Source: Sedimentisphaerales bacterium
GTDB taxonomy: Bacteria > Planctomycetota > Phycisphaerae > Sedimentisphaerales > SM23-30
Reading direction: 5' to 3'
Assembly (NCBI GenBank): GCA_963663805.2
Contig: CAXXMR010000012.1
Span: 352,001 to 416,000, forward strand
Length of the DNA: 64,000 bases
Part shown: one piece after another, positions 49,333-60,067 of the stretch
Position numbering within the stretch: position 1 is the stretch's first letter
Layout: each line of letters begins with the position of its first letter
Notes under the pieces: model-generated
What the model was told of the DNA's origin: nothing
Seen by the model: only the letters and a program-made list of their open reading frames with translations
The model's database searches: none
Made by a program: the position numbers and the translations under genes

Positions 49333-49456
49333 TTGGTGTTTGCGGAAGGATTTCATGGGGCAGTCCCCGGACTTTCCGCAGCCAAAAGGTTCCAGCAGGT
49401 GGAACCGCGAGCAAATTAAGTGCCGTTAACATCTAATTAAGACAAGGAGTTAAACA

Positions 49457-50485
49457 ATGGCAGCTATTAAAGTAGGTATCAATGGTTTTGGTCGTATCGG
49501 CAGAACAGTTATGCGTATTCTGGCCCAGCGTCCGGAAGAATTTCAAGTCGTAGCGATTAATGACCTTTGTGATGTAAAATCCAATGCTCATCTGTTCAAA
49601 TACGACACCGTGATGGGTCGTTTCGCCGGCACCGTTGTTGTTGAAGGCGATACCATGGTTGTGGATGGCAAGCCCATCAAGATTCTGGCTGAGCGCAGTC
49701 CCGCCAATCTGCCCTGGGGCGAACTGGGTGTTGACATCGTTCTGGAATCCACCGGTATTTTCCGCAAACGCGAAAGCGAAAAGGGCGGCTACGGCGACCA
49801 TATCAAAGCCGGCGCCAAAAAAGTCATCCTCAGTGTACCAGCCGCCGATGAAATCGACGCGACAATCGTACTGGGCGTAAATGACAACCTTCTGACCGCT
49901 GAGCACAAATGCGTTTCGAACGCCAGCTGCACCACCAACTGTCTGGCCCCGGTTGCCAAGGTTCTGCATGAGACTTTCGGTGTCGAACGCGGCATGATGA
50001 CCACGATTCACGCTTATACCAATGACCAGAACATTTCTGACGTATTCCACAAAGATCTTCGTCGGGCCCGTGCCGGTGCTGCCAATATTATCCCCACCAC
50101 CACCGGTGCCGCTCGGGCCGTCGGTCAGGTTATCCCGGACCTCAATGGCAAACTGGACGGCTTCGCTTTGCGTGTTCCGGTTATTACCGGCAGTGTTGTT
50201 GACCTGGTTGCTGAGCTGAAACGTTCTGCCACCGTCGAAGACATTAACGCCGCTGTCAAGGCTGCCTCAGAAGGTGCCCTCAAGGGTGTACTGGCTTACT
50301 GCGATGAACCCATCGTATCCAGCGACATTGTCGGGCACAACGCTTCGAGCATTTTCGACGCGTTGAGTACCATGACCATGCCCAAGACCGGTTCAAATCT
50401 CATTAAGGTTGTCAGCTGGTATGACAACGAATGGGGCTATTCCTGCCGTACCGTAGATATGATGAAGAAACTGGCTTCGCTGTAA
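49457..50485 (+). CDS. gap: Glyceraldehyde-3-phosphate dehydrogenase (type I)
   Basis: [31 protein letters not shown]. Confidence 0.98.
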   Translation: MAAIKVGINGFGRIGRTVMRILAQRPEEFQVVAINDLCDVKSNAHLFKYDTVMGRFAGTVVVEGDTMVVDGKPIKILAERSPANLPWGELGVDIVLESTGIFRKRESEKGGYGDHIKAGAKKVILSVPAADEIDATIVLGVNDNLLTAEHKCVSNASCTTNCLAPVAKVLHETFGVERGMMTTIHAYTNDQNISDVFHKDLRRARAGAANIIPTTTGAARAVGQVIPDLNGKLDGFALRVPVITGSVVDLVAELKRSATVEDINAAVKAASEGALKGVLAYCDEPIVSSDIVGHNASSIFDALSTMTMPKTGSNLIKVVSWYDNEWGYSCRTVDMMKKLASL

Positions 50486-50591
50486 GTTAGTTTCAGAGAG
50501 ATAGCTAGGGGTCAGGGCTCGGGAATCGTCTCGGGCCCTGGCTTTGTTAAATGAATTCGTTTCTGGAACCATATAATCAAAGGTAAAAGCG

Positions 50592-51791
50592 ATGGCAAAG
50601 AAAACAATTGCTGACATGAATGTTAAGGGCAAACGCGTTTTCATGCGAGTTGACTTTAACGTACCGTTGGATGATAACTGCAACATAACCAATGACCGGC
50701 GGATTCAGATGGCCCTGCCGAGCATCAATGCGGCATTGGCAGGCGGCGCGAAGCTCGTTCTGGCGTCGCATTTGGGACGTCCCAAAGGTGAACGCATTGA
50801 TAAATATTCTCTGGCACCGGCTGCCCAGCGTCTGGGCGAACTGCTGGGCAAGGAAGTCAGGCTCGCTCCCGACTGCGTAGGCCCGGAAGTCAAAGCCATG
50901 GTTGACGCGCTGGCTGACGGCGATGTTATCGTGCTGGAAAACCTGCGTTTCCATAAAGGCGAGACCAAGAACGAGCCGGAATTCGCCGGCCAACTGGCAG
51001 AGCTGGCTGACCTGTATGTCAATGACGCTTTCGGTACGACCCACCGCGAGCATGCTTCGATGTATGGCGTACCTTCATTGCTGGGCGCGGGCAAATGTGC
51101 CTGCGGGTTCCTGGTTGAGAAGGAACTGAAGTATTTAGGTGACACCCTGGCGAATCCCCAGAAACCCTTCGTGGCGATTCTGGGCGGGGCCAAGGTCAGT
51201 GACAAGATTTCGGTTATCGAAAACCTTATCGGCAAGGTTGACCGAATTCTCATCGGCGGCGGCATGGCTTATACCTTCTTCAAAGCCCAGGGTTATGAAG
51301 TAGGCAATAGTATTTGCGAAGCTGACAAACTGGAGATTGCCCTGAATCTGCTCTCGTCAGCACGTGACAAAGGCTGTGAGCTGGTACTGCCGGTCGATAA
51401 TGTTATCGCCAAGGAATTCAAGGCTAATGCCGAAAATCAGACCAATACCGGCAATATTCCCGAAGGTTGGGAAGGGTTGGATATTGGCCCGGAGACCCGC
51501 AAGCTGTTCGCTGACAAAATCTCTGATGCCAAGACTATAGTCTGGAACGGACCCATGGGCGTGTTTGAGATGGAGCCGTTCGACGCGGGTACCAAAGCGG
51601 TAGCCCTAGCGATCGCTGAAGCGACCGACAAAGGCGCGACCAGCATCATCGGCGGCGGTGACAGTGCCGCGGCGGTTGCCGTATTGGGACTGGAAGACAA
51701 GATGAGTCACATCTCCACCGGCGGCGGTGCGAGCCTGGAGTTTCTCGAAGGCAAGAAATTTGCCAGCGTGGAAATTCTCGACGAGAAATAA
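50592..51791 (+). CDS. pgk: Phosphoglycerate kinase
   Basis: [42 protein letters not shown]. Confidence 0.98.
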   Translation: MAKKTIADMNVKGKRVFMRVDFNVPLDDNCNITNDRRIQMALPSINAALAGGAKLVLASHLGRPKGERIDKYSLAPAAQRLGELLGKEVRLAPDCVGPEVKAMVDALADGDVIVLENLRFHKGETKNEPEFAGQLAELADLYVNDAFGTTHREHASMYGVPSLLGAGKCACGFLVEKELKYLGDTLANPQKPFVAILGGAKVSDKISVIENLIGKVDRILIGGGMAYTFFKAQGYEVGNSICEADKLEIALNLLSSARDKGCELVLPVDNVIAKEFKANAENQTNTGNIPEGWEGLDIGPETRKLFADKISDAKTIVWNGPMGVFEMEPFDAGTKAVALAIAEATDKGATSIIGGGDSAAAVAVLGLEDKMSHISTGGGASLEFLEGKKFASVEILDEK

Positions 51792-51803
51792 TTTATTATC
51801 GAC

Positions 51804-51838
51804 AGCGTCCATCCTTTCGGGGGTGGACGCTTTTTTTT
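51804..51838 (+). terminator. Intrinsic terminator after pgk
   Basis: agcgtccatcc/gggtggacgct stem followed by a T-tract. Confidence 0.85.
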
Positions 51839-51854
51839 GAAGTATGGATGGATT

Positions 51855-52520
51855 ATGATTAAACTGCCTGCTGCGGGGACGGTTGAGATTGCCCCTTCTA
51901 TTTTGAGTGCTGATTTTGCCCGATTGGGTGGTCACGTCGCGGAAATAACCAACGAAGTTAAATTTCTGCATGTTGATGTCATGGACGGCCATTTTGTGCC
52001 AAACATTACCATTGGCCCGGTAGTTGTAAAAAGTTTACGCAAAGTCAGTGGTCTGTTTTTCGATGTACATTTAATGATAAGCGACGCGCCGAAATACGCC
52101 CCGGAATTTGTCAAGGCTGGCGCCGACGGCATCACTTTCCATCTGGAAGCTGTGCCCGACTCAAAAGAAATGATTAACCAACTTCGTAAACTGGGCTGCT
52201 CGGTGGGAGTTTCGATTAAGCCCGGAACACCCGTGGCCGAACTAAAACCTATTATCCAGCTGGTTGACATGGTACTTCTGATGACCGTGGAGCCGGGCTT
52301 CGGCGGCCAGAGTTTTATTCCCGAAAGCATCGCACGCTGCCAAGAACTGCGACAAATGCTGCGACCCAACCAACGGCTGGAAGTTGACGGCGGTATTGAC
52401 CCAACAACCGCACCGCGTATCGTCGCAGCCGGGGCCGACACTTTGGTGGCCGGCAGTGCGGTTTTCGCCAAGCCCGACCCCGCCGCGGCTGTCAAAGCTA
52501 TTCTGGCGGCCTGTAAATAA
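51855..52520 (+). CDS. rpe: Ribulose-phosphate 3-epimerase
   Basis: IAPSILSADF, HVDVMDGHFVPN, MTVEPGFGGQ, EVDGG. Confidence 0.97.
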   Translation: MIKLPAAGTVEIAPSILSADFARLGGHVAEITNEVKFLHVDVMDGHFVPNITIGPVVVKSLRKVSGLFFDVHLMISDAPKYAPEFVKAGADGITFHLEAVPDSKEMINQLRKLGCSVGVSIKPGTPVAELKPIIQLVDMVLLMTVEPGFGGQSFIPESIARCQELRQMLRPNQRLEVDGGIDPTTAPRIVAAGADTLVAGSAVFAKPDPAAAVKAILAACK

Positions 52521-52595
52521 AACTTGCCCCCTATATTTCCGCAGGCTATAATAGACCTTCGTAATCAGATTCTGTAAGCTACGAAGGAAGTTTTT

Positions 52596-54125
52596 ATGTT
52601 GGCACGGGTGCATAGCGCAGCTTTGCTGGGGATAGAAGCGATTCCCTGTGAGGTTGAGGTCGATGTCGGCAGTGGCGGTTTTGAAAAAAGTACCATTCTG
52701 GGTCTGCCTGACGCAGCCGTCAAAGAAAGTATCGAACGTGTTCGCAGTGCCGTCAGTAATTGTGGCTATTCTTTCCCCCTCGATTCCAGCATCATCAATC
52801 TCGCTCCGGCCAACATCAAAAAAGAAGGTCCCAGTTTCGATCTGCCCATCGCAATTGGTATTCTGACAGGTCAGGCGATTGTGCAAAATGATCTGCTCGA
52901 AAAAACTGTTATTCTGGGGGAGTTGGCCCTGGATGGTCGAGTGCGTTCTGTACGCGGGGTTTTACCGGCGGCAATTATGGCCTGGGAACGTGGTTTTGAA
53001 CGTATATTCGTGCCGACGGCCAACGCCGCCGAAGCAGCGGTCGTGCAGAACATAGATGTAATCGCGATTTCATCATTATCCGAGGCCGTCGGTTATCTCA
53101 ACGGCCATTTGCCCCTGGAACCACATTGCGTTGACCTTGACGTCCTGTTCAGTCAGGCCGGTAAATACGATGTTGATTTCTCTGATGTCAAAGGCCAGGA
53201 GTCAGTTAAACGTGCCTTAACGGTAGCGGCGGCTGGCAACCATAATATCCTTTTAATCGGTCCGCCAGGGACAGGCAAGACCATGCTCACCAAGCGGCTG
53301 CCGACAATTCTGCCAGCACTGTCACTGGAAGAATCACTCGAAACTACACGAGTTTATTCTGTGACCGGCAGATTAAAATCAGACCAGCCGTTATTAGCTC
53401 GCCGACCGGTACGTTCACCCCATCATTCCGCCAGCGGACCTTCCCTGGTAGGCGGCGGCAGTGTACCCAAGCCCGGCGAACTGTCATTAGCCCATAACGG
53501 TTTGCTGTTTCTGGATGAATTCCCGGAATTCAACCGAACTGTCCTTGAGACCATTCGCCAGCCGCTCGAAGAAGGATGCGTAACCATCGCCCGCGCCGCC
53601 GGAACCATGACCTTCCCGGCGAATATTTTACTCATAGCTGCCATGAACCCCTGCCCCTGCGGATACAGTACCGACCCCAAGCGAAAATGCAAGTGTACGC
53701 CAAATCAGGTTGAGCGATATATGTCCCGTATTTCCGGCCCGCTCATTGACCGCATCGATATTCACATTGACGTGCCAACTGTCCCTTACGATGACCTTTC
53801 CAGCAAACGGGACGGGACCAACAGCGAAACTATGGCTCAGAATGTCGAACTGGCTCGACAATGGCAGCGACAGAGGTTCGCGGACACAAAAATCACAGCT
53901 AATGCCCAGATGAGTTCGCGTCAGATAAGAAATTATTGTCAATTAAACGAGCCCTGCCGGATGATGCTCAAACAGGCTATTTATGAACTTGGCCTTTCCG
54001 CACGCGCTCACGATAAAGTCCTGCGTCTGGCCCGCACCATAGCGGACCTCGAACAGTCAGAAAATATCGAAACCAATCATCTGGGCGAAGCGATTTCCTA
54101 CCGAAAACTCGACCGGAAACTATAG
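52596..54125 (+). CDS. comM: YifB/ComM Mg-chelatase-like AAA+ ATPase
   Basis: GLPDAAVKES, GPPGTGKT, RSPHHS, LFLDEFPEF, NPCPCG, ARTIADL. Confidence 0.93.
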   Translation: MLARVHSAALLGIEAIPCEVEVDVGSGGFEKSTILGLPDAAVKESIERVRSAVSNCGYSFPLDSSIINLAPANIKKEGPSFDLPIAIGILTGQAIVQNDLLEKTVILGELALDGRVRSVRGVLPAAIMAWERGFERIFVPTANAAEAAVVQNIDVIAISSLSEAVGYLNGHLPLEPHCVDLDVLFSQAGKYDVDFSDVKGQESVKRALTVAAAGNHNILLIGPPGTGKTMLTKRLPTILPALSLEESLETTRVYSVTGRLKSDQPLLARRPVRSPHHSASGPSLVGGGSVPKPGELSLAHNGLLFLDEFPEFNRTVLETIRQPLEEGCVTIARAAGTMTFPANILLIAAMNPCPCGYSTDPKRKCKCTPNQVERYMSRISGPLIDRIDIHIDVPTVPYDDLSSKRDGTNSETMAQNVELARQWQRQRFADTKITANAQMSSRQIRNYCQLNEPCRMMLKQAIYELGLSARAHDKVLRLARTIADLEQSENIETNHLGEAISYRKLDRKL

Positions 54126-54251
54126 GACGCCTTATAGTTGCTCTTTTCAATATTGTCGGGGGCTGCATTTCCGGTGCTTTTTGAACACGCGATAGAAAGA
54201 GGATAGACTGCCAATGCGGAAAATATCTACAAGGTTTAGCAGAAAAATTCA

Positions 54252-54274
54252 GAGCCGCCCTTAACGAACGGCTC
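54252..54274 (-). terminator. Hairpin downstream of tRNA-Glu
   Basis: gagccg/cggctc stem followed by a T-rich tract on the minus strand. Confidence 0.5.
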
Positions 54275-54280
54275 CAGAAA

Positions 54281-54355
54281 TGACCCCGACGGGATTCGAA
54301 CCCGTGTTGCAGGGATGAAAACCCTGTGTCCTAGACCTGGCTAGACGACGGGGCC
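54281..54355 (-). tRNA. tRNA-Glu(TTC), CCA not encoded
   Basis: GGCCCCG/CGGGGTC acceptor stem, CAGGG-TTTTCAT-CCCTG anticodon arm, GGTTCGAATCC T-arm. Confidence 0.96.
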
Positions 54356-54372
54356 GTTTAACCGAGCTACGA

Positions 54373-54401
54373 AATATATTGGTGTTGAACTCGATTGTCA
54401 A
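54373..54401 (-). promoter_or_regulatory. sigma70 promoter of tRNA-Glu
   Basis: TTGACA-17 nt-TATATT on the minus strand. Confidence 0.75.
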
Positions 54402-54441
54402 TGTCAAATTACAAAATTTTGGTATTTTTACAAGTATTTTG

Positions 54442-55416
54442 TTACTGATTATCGTTCTCGATGGCGGTTTGGGCCAGGATTTCGCAGGGCAGGGTTTCGG
54501 AGTTTACGCTGCGATCTCGCCCGGTTTTTTTTGCGTGATATAGGGCTTCATCGGCTCGGAACAGCATTTTGTCGCGGGTGTCAACTGCATGGAACTGGGC
54601 TATTCCGAAACTAGCGGTAATGGATTCGGAGACGTTATCACTTGGTATTGCATGGATTAGGCGTCTTAATCGTTCAGCCAGCCCCAGGGCGGCCCGGGCG
54701 TTTGAGCCGGGCGCCACAATCATGAATTCTTCGCCGCCCCATCGTCCCACAGCGTCGGGCTGTCTCAGATTGTCCCTCAGGACGCGTGAGAACTCCCGCA
54801 GAACGACATCTCCGGCATCATGGCCATAGCGGTCGTTTATTCGCTTGAACAGGTCGATATCCACCATAACTACCGATAAATCCTGATGATAGCGACGGGA
54901 GCGTGAAATTTCGCCGTCCAGCAGGTCGGTTAGGGCAGCCCGATTTTTCATCTGGGTCAATTGATCTAAACTAGCCTGGTCCAGGAGGTTACGGTGAGCT
55001 TTTTCCAGGGCTGCCAGGGCGGAAATATCCCGGAAAATTATAGTGGCTCCTATAACAACATTATTTTCGTCCTGGATGGGCGATATTTTACTCTTAACAG
55101 GGATGATTCGACCGTTGCGGCATTTCAAAAAACCCTTCCAGATGCCCGGCATACCATTTATAATTATTGATTCTATATGATGTTGCGAGTTCCCTCGAAC
55201 ATCATTGCCATCTTCATCACACCAACTGAGGGGCGTGTCGTGATAGTGCTTTGCCGCCATTTCCTCGGCACTATAGCCGGTAATCCGGTGACAACTGGGG
55301 TTCCAGTAGATTATTACGCCCTGCATATCAACCGCAAAAACAGCGTCAAAAAGACTGTCCAATAAGGGTTTACAAAAAGAACAGGTAGTAATCAAGGTTG
55401 TCGCTTTATCAACCAT
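54442..55416 (-). CDS. PAS-GGDEF diguanylate cyclase
   Basis: PAS (WNPS...TGYS.EE); DQLT, DIDLFKRIND.YGH.AGD, RWGGEEF with upstream RQPD I-site. Confidence 0.93.
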   Translation of the reverse strand: MVDKATTLITTCSFCKPLLDSLFDAVFAVDMQGVIIYWNPSCHRITGYSAEEMAAKHYHDTPLSWCDEDGNDVRGNSQHHIESIIINGMPGIWKGFLKCRNGRIIPVKSKISPIQDENNVVIGATIIFRDISALAALEKAHRNLLDQASLDQLTQMKNRAALTDLLDGEISRSRRYHQDLSVVMVDIDLFKRINDRYGHDAGDVVLREFSRVLRDNLRQPDAVGRWGGEEFMIVAPGSNARAALGLAERLRRLIHAIPSDNVSESITASFGIAQFHAVDTRDKMLFRADEALYHAKKTGRDRSVNSETLPCEILAQTAIENDNQ

Positions 55417-55605
55417 TTTTCCGCTTCCGGCTTAGCTTAACCTGCTCAAGAGCAGGTAATTAAAACTTCTATGGCCACGGGGACCTCCTCTCTTATCGAC
55501 TGTTAATCTGGTTAAGTTAACCAGCTATCTCAAACACTTCATTTTTTACGCAAAATTAAATTTATTTTGCCCCCATAATCTGTGCAGTTTAAATATTATT
55601 AGCCG

Positions 55606-56166
55606 TTAATCTGTATTTCCAACCTTCGGTACCTCTCGCACCGCCGGTTCTACATCGAAGTATTCGAGGGGTTCAAAAGCGAAAGCCGCGGCGATCAGGT
55701 TGCTGGGGAAGGTTTCTCTTTTGTTGCGGTAGTCGCGGATATTGCCGTTATAGAACCGCCGAGCCGCCTGGATGCGGTCTTCGGTGTTGGTCAGTTCCTT
55801 CTGGAGTTCGAGGTAATGGGCATCGGCTTTTAAATTGGGGTAGTTTTCCACTACGGCCAGGAGCTGCTGCAGGGCGGTGACTAAATGTTTTTCGTCGATG
55901 GTCTGTTGGCTTACATGGCCGGTGCTGGCCAGGCACTGACTGCGCAGGCGGGTGATTTTTTCAAAGAGTTCCTTTTCGTGAGCGGAATACGCTCGCACAG
56001 TCGAGACGAGGTTGGGGATAAGGTCATAGCGTCGCTTAAGCTCGGTGTCGATATTACTCCATGAATCACGAATATGATTACGCAGACGGGTCAGGGAGTT
56101 AAAAGTCGCGATTACAAAGATCAGCGGCAGCAGAATCACCACAGCCAGAATTATAAGAGCAGGCAT
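55606..56166 (-). CDS. lemA: LemA family protein
   Basis: WSNID..LKRRYDLIPNLV, ENYPNLKA, EDRIQAARRFYN, FPSN. Confidence 0.95.
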   Translation of the reverse strand: MPALIILAVVILLPLIFVIATFNSLTRLRNHIRDSWSNIDTELKRRYDLIPNLVSTVRAYSAHEKELFEKITRLRSQCLASTGHVSQQTIDEKHLVTALQQLLAVVENYPNLKADAHYLELQKELTNTEDRIQAARRFYNGNIRDYRNKRETFPSNLIAAAFAFEPLEYFDVEPAVREVPKVGNTD

Positions 56167-56167
56167 A

Positions 56168-56839
56168 TTATTTCTCCTGAAAAAGATAGTCCGGCATTAG
56201 CTTGCGTACCTCGATAAGACGATTAAGGTTCGGCTGAATTTGTTCGACCGCCAGCTCTTTATTGAGACAGATGCTCAAAATGTTACTTTCAATCTCGATA
56301 TTGAGGTCTGAGTTAGCCAGAAGATATTCAATCATCAGAGTATGACAGATATCGTAGGCGAATTTCTTGTCGCGGCTGCGTACGCAGAATTTGCGGGAGA
56401 ATTTATGCGACTCAAAGTCGATATCATCATAGCCGACGGCCTGAGCGATTTTGGACAGGAAATTCTCACGGACGATAGTCAATTCCGGCAGGAAGCAGGG
56501 CAGTTTCAGCATGAAAAATGAAATCACGTGGTGCTGCTGGTTTTTGCCGGAGCCGGTTGTATAATGAAAATCGAAGATGTCAATTTCGTACCCCTGATAG
56601 ATGCCGTAGATATGATTTTTGGCATAGCGGCTGTGCCCCTGATGAAGTTTGTCGAGGAAGGAGTACTGCTCGCCTATGGAGATGTTTTTGCCCGGGTCGA
56701 AGCTCAGACCCAGACTTTGGGCCAGGCCGCGCAGTGCTTCGCGACGTTTCTTTGCGGCGATCAGGGCGAAGATAATGAATATCGCCACCGCGGCAAACAT
56801 CAAAATCGGCATTATTATCTGCATTTGGCTCGGCTCCAT
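56168..56839 (-). CDS. Hypothetical single-TM protein (lemA-associated)
   Basis: N-terminal TM; DIDFES..FSRKF.V motif; 1 nt upstream of lemA. Confidence 0.75.
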   Translation of the reverse strand: MEPSQMQIIMPILMFAAVAIFIIFALIAAKKRREALRGLAQSLGLSFDPGKNISIGEQYSFLDKLHQGHSRYAKNHIYGIYQGYEIDIFDFHYTTGSGKNQQHHVISFFMLKLPCFLPELTIVRENFLSKIAQAVGYDDIDFESHKFSRKFCVRSRDKKFAYDICHTLMIEYLLANSDLNIEIESNILSICLNKELAVEQIQPNLNRLIEVRKLMPDYLFQEK

Positions 56840-57178
56840 TTTTTACATCGTTTTCCCGAACAGCCTCATTTTATAACCGATATTTGTTTTGACAATGGGA
56901 AAAGTTTAAGGCTTGTTTGGGGTGGCTGATTGTGGTACAATGCGGAGAGTTGAGCGGTTTGCGTTCTCTCATAAGCGTTCCTTCAGGGGGCTCCTGGTAG
57001 CAGCTTTTGAGCCGAAAGTGGTGTTTTTCCGCCTGAAACGCAGCTTAGCAGAGTTTTTGACCAGCCTTCCCCAGCCTCAAAAAGTCGTCCAAACAGGATA
57101 CCGGCACGTCCTGTAATTCGGCGGTGGAGCTGATTTTATGGTAACGTGCCCTTACAAAAGAAGAAGTAAAAACAGAAG

Positions 57179-58769
57179 ATGACCACGCCTAAAACATTTG
57201 ACCAGTTGGGTCTTTCCGCCGAAGTTCTCGAAGCGATTTCAGCGAAGGGTTTCGAGGAACCTACCGCCATCCAGAACATGACCATTCCACTGATGCTCAA
57301 GGATGAAGCCAATATTATCGCCCAGGCCCAGACCGGCACAGGCAAGACCGCGGCGTTTGGCCTGCCGCTAATCGAGATGATTAACCCGTTCGACAAATCG
57401 GTGCAGGCCCTCATTCTGGTGCCCACCCGCGAGCTGGCGATTCAGGTCTCCGAGGAAATCAATTCGCTGCGGGGCAGTAAGAATATTAACGCTGTCCCTA
57501 TTTACGGCGGCCAGTCGATTGACCAGCAGTTACGGCGGCTGAAAAAGGGGGCTCATATAGTGGTTGGTTCGCCGGGGCGGATTATTGACCATCTAAACCG
57601 CAAGACGCTCAAACTCGGCGGCATCGAACATTTGATTCTCGATGAGGCTGACGAGATGCTGAATATGGGTTTCATCGAGGATATCGAAGAAATCATGAAG
57701 CATACCAATCCGGAAAAGCGGACGCTGCTGTTCTCGGCAACCATGCCGAAGCGGATTAAGGACCTGGCCCATAATTACATGGACGGCTATGAACTGCTTA
57801 CGGTGGAAAAAGAACAGCTTACGACGAACCTGACCGAGCAGATATATTTCGAGGTGAGGTATTCGGATAAGTTTGATTCGCTGTGCCGGATTATTGATGT
57901 CGAAGATGATTTTTATGCTCTGATTTTCTGCCGGACCCGAAGCGATGTTGATTTGGTTTCCAGTCAGCTTGCCAATCGCGGTTACGATGCCGGGGCGATT
58001 CACGGCGATATAACGCAGGGGCAGCGGGAGAAGATCCTGGAGCGGTTCAAACAGAAAATGATAAATATCCTGGTCGCTACGGATGTCGCCGCACGGGGTA
58101 TCGATGTGAATAATCTGACCCATGTGATAAATTATTCGCTGCCCCAGAACCCGGAGTCTTACGTGCATCGTATCGGCCGGACCGGGCGGGCAGGCAATGA
58201 GGGTACAGCGATTACGTTTATTACGCCCAGCGAGTATAAGAAACTGATGGTTATTCAGCGGGCAGCCAAAACCGAGATTCGCAAATCCAGCGTGCCCAGG
58301 GTGCAGGATATTATCAAGGCCAAACGCAAGAAGATTGACGAAGACCTCAACACGCTGCTGGATGAGCCGCTGGAAGAGCAATATTATAACTGGGCCAAAC
58401 AAATGCTGGAGACGAGCAAGCCGACCAAGGTTCTGGCAACGCTGCTGCACTATTGCTTTGAGGATGAACTGAACCCGGAATATTACGGGGACGTGAAGGA
58501 GTCGGGCGGTTCCAATAAGCAGATTGACGAGCAGGGCAAGACCCCGGCTTTTTGTGGCCCTGGGCAAAAAGGACAAGATGACACCCAAAAAACTGGTGAC
58601 ACTAATCCAGGGCCGGGCGTCCGTTTATCCCAAGCAGATAAGCGATATACAGATAATGGATAATTTTTCGTTTATCACCGTACCGTTCAATAAGGCAGAG
58701 AAAATCGTCGTCAGCTTCCGACAAAAAGGCAAGAAAGACCTGATTACCCACGCCCGCAAGGACCGGTGA
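57179..58769 (+). CDS. DEAD-box RNA helicase (DeaD/CshA-like); its C-terminal DbpA-type RNA-binding domain is out of frame after a C4 run at 58542-58545
   Basis: AQTGTGKT, PTRELA, DEAD, SAT, HRIGRTGR; RLFVALGKKD...NFSFITVP continues in ORF 58524..58769. Confidence 0.9.
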
Positions 58770-58790
58770 AAATGTTGTTTTATAAGAACG

Positions 58791-59921
58791 TTATTGTGGA
58801 GTAGGCTTTGCGGTATCCGCCAAAAAGTCCCGCCAGTTTTTCCCTTCGGTAACCCACGCCAAATTAAAACGGGCGAAGTGGCCGCTGTGGCATAGCATAT
58901 AAATCTTGCCTTCACTCGGTGTGCCCATGCGCCCCGCCGCCAGTTCGGTATAGCCGCCGGTTTCGTGCAGAAAGCGACTGACAGGCCAGGTCTTGCCGCC
59001 GTCAAAGCTCACCCATACCTTAAGATTCCCGCGACCTCTGGTGCTGTGCGTGGCGGTATCACCGCCGGGGTCATCATTCTGAGAGAAAAGCAAAATATCA
59101 TAATTATCTGACGGCAAACGAGTCAGCCCACCCTTACAGCCGTAAAAGTCAGGCGGGCCGTCGGGCAGATATGGGTCCATCTGTCCCTCTTTCCAGCTTT
59201 GGCCGCCGTCATAACTCCGAGCGATAAGGCGATTGCCAAACAGAACATGCGTGCGGGAATTATAATATATCGTACCATCGGCAAGCTCCACCAGCCCCGC
59301 CTCGCCCGTGCCGGGAAACGGAAATGGATCGCCGCTGAACCAGGTCTTGCCGCCGTCGTCACTGTAAAGCGAACTGCTGTAACAGTCGAAATGCTCCTGC
59401 TGAGGGAATTTCGGATGTTTGTTATTTATGAACGTCCGTGACGCACCCAGCAGCCGCCCTTTATGTTCGCCGTATTTCAAGGTTATCCCCGGCGTGCAGC
59501 ACATATTAGTCGTAAGCCAGCCGTTTTTATCGACATGCCGCACGATAGTTTCTTTTGCCCACGTCTTGCCGTTATCCTTACTCCTGTAGAGCCAGAGTTG
59601 TGGATTGTCATTACTGTTAAGCCGCAGAATATCGCCGGTATTGTCGTCAATATAAAAACCACCCGTTCCCGCCAGACCTTCCGGACCGTTTATCGGCTGC
59701 CACGTATCACCGCCGTCTTCACTGAGTACCGCACCGCCCGCTATGACATTACCATTCGGAGCGACCATGACACTAAGCTCCCACCTCTTGGGCCCTTCAA
59801 TGGTCTGAAACTCACAAAACTCTTTACCTCCACCCCAGAAACTGTCGATAACCTCATCAGCACCCGCAGTAACAACCGCACCCAAAACCATCAAGATCGT
59901 AATCAATGTTCTTAGTTTCAT
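58791..59921 (-). CDS. Secreted BNR/Asp-box beta-propeller (sialidase-like)
   Basis: Five SxDxGxxW Asp boxes; signal peptide. Confidence 0.85.
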   Translation of the reverse strand: MKLRTLITILMVLGAVVTAGADEVIDSFWGGGKEFCEFQTIEGPKRWELSVMVAPNGNVIAGGAVLSEDGGDTWQPINGPEGLAGTGGFYIDDNTGDILRLNSNDNPQLWLYRSKDNGKTWAKETIVRHVDKNGWLTTNMCCTPGITLKYGEHKGRLLGASRTFINNKHPKFPQQEHFDCYSSSLYSDDGGKTWFSGDPFPFPGTGEAGLVELADGTIYYNSRTHVLFGNRLIARSYDGGQSWKEGQMDPYLPDGPPDFYGCKGGLTRLPSDNYDILLFSQNDDPGGDTATHSTRGRGNLKVWVSFDGGKTWPVSRFLHETGGYTELAAGRMGTPSEGKIYMLCHSGHFARFNLAWVTEGKNWRDFLADTAKPTPQ

Positions 59922-60067
59922 TTTTGTGCCCTTTCTTTTGAATATTCTTTGAAGGCCGAATTCTAACGCGGACCCGGATCGTTGATGGCGGCAGCATTAC
60001 GTTCACTGCCGGGAATTGTCCCGCGGGTCATTTTTTTTCGCCAGTTCTTATCCTGCCATTGTAAGGT

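Noticed and set aside
49433..52886. Long antisense ORFs over gap, pgk and rpe (similar ones over clpB, ffh, rfbB and the helicase)
   Set aside because: Shadow ORFs produced by codon bias in well-supported genes.
38634..54125. yraN and comM co-occurrence as a novel module
   Set aside because: The association is already known, and here the genes are 13.5 kb apart in different operons.
54125..54441. tRNA-Glu as an island integration site
   Set aside because: No duplicated tRNA 3' end and no integrase seen; comM lies directly on the 3' side.
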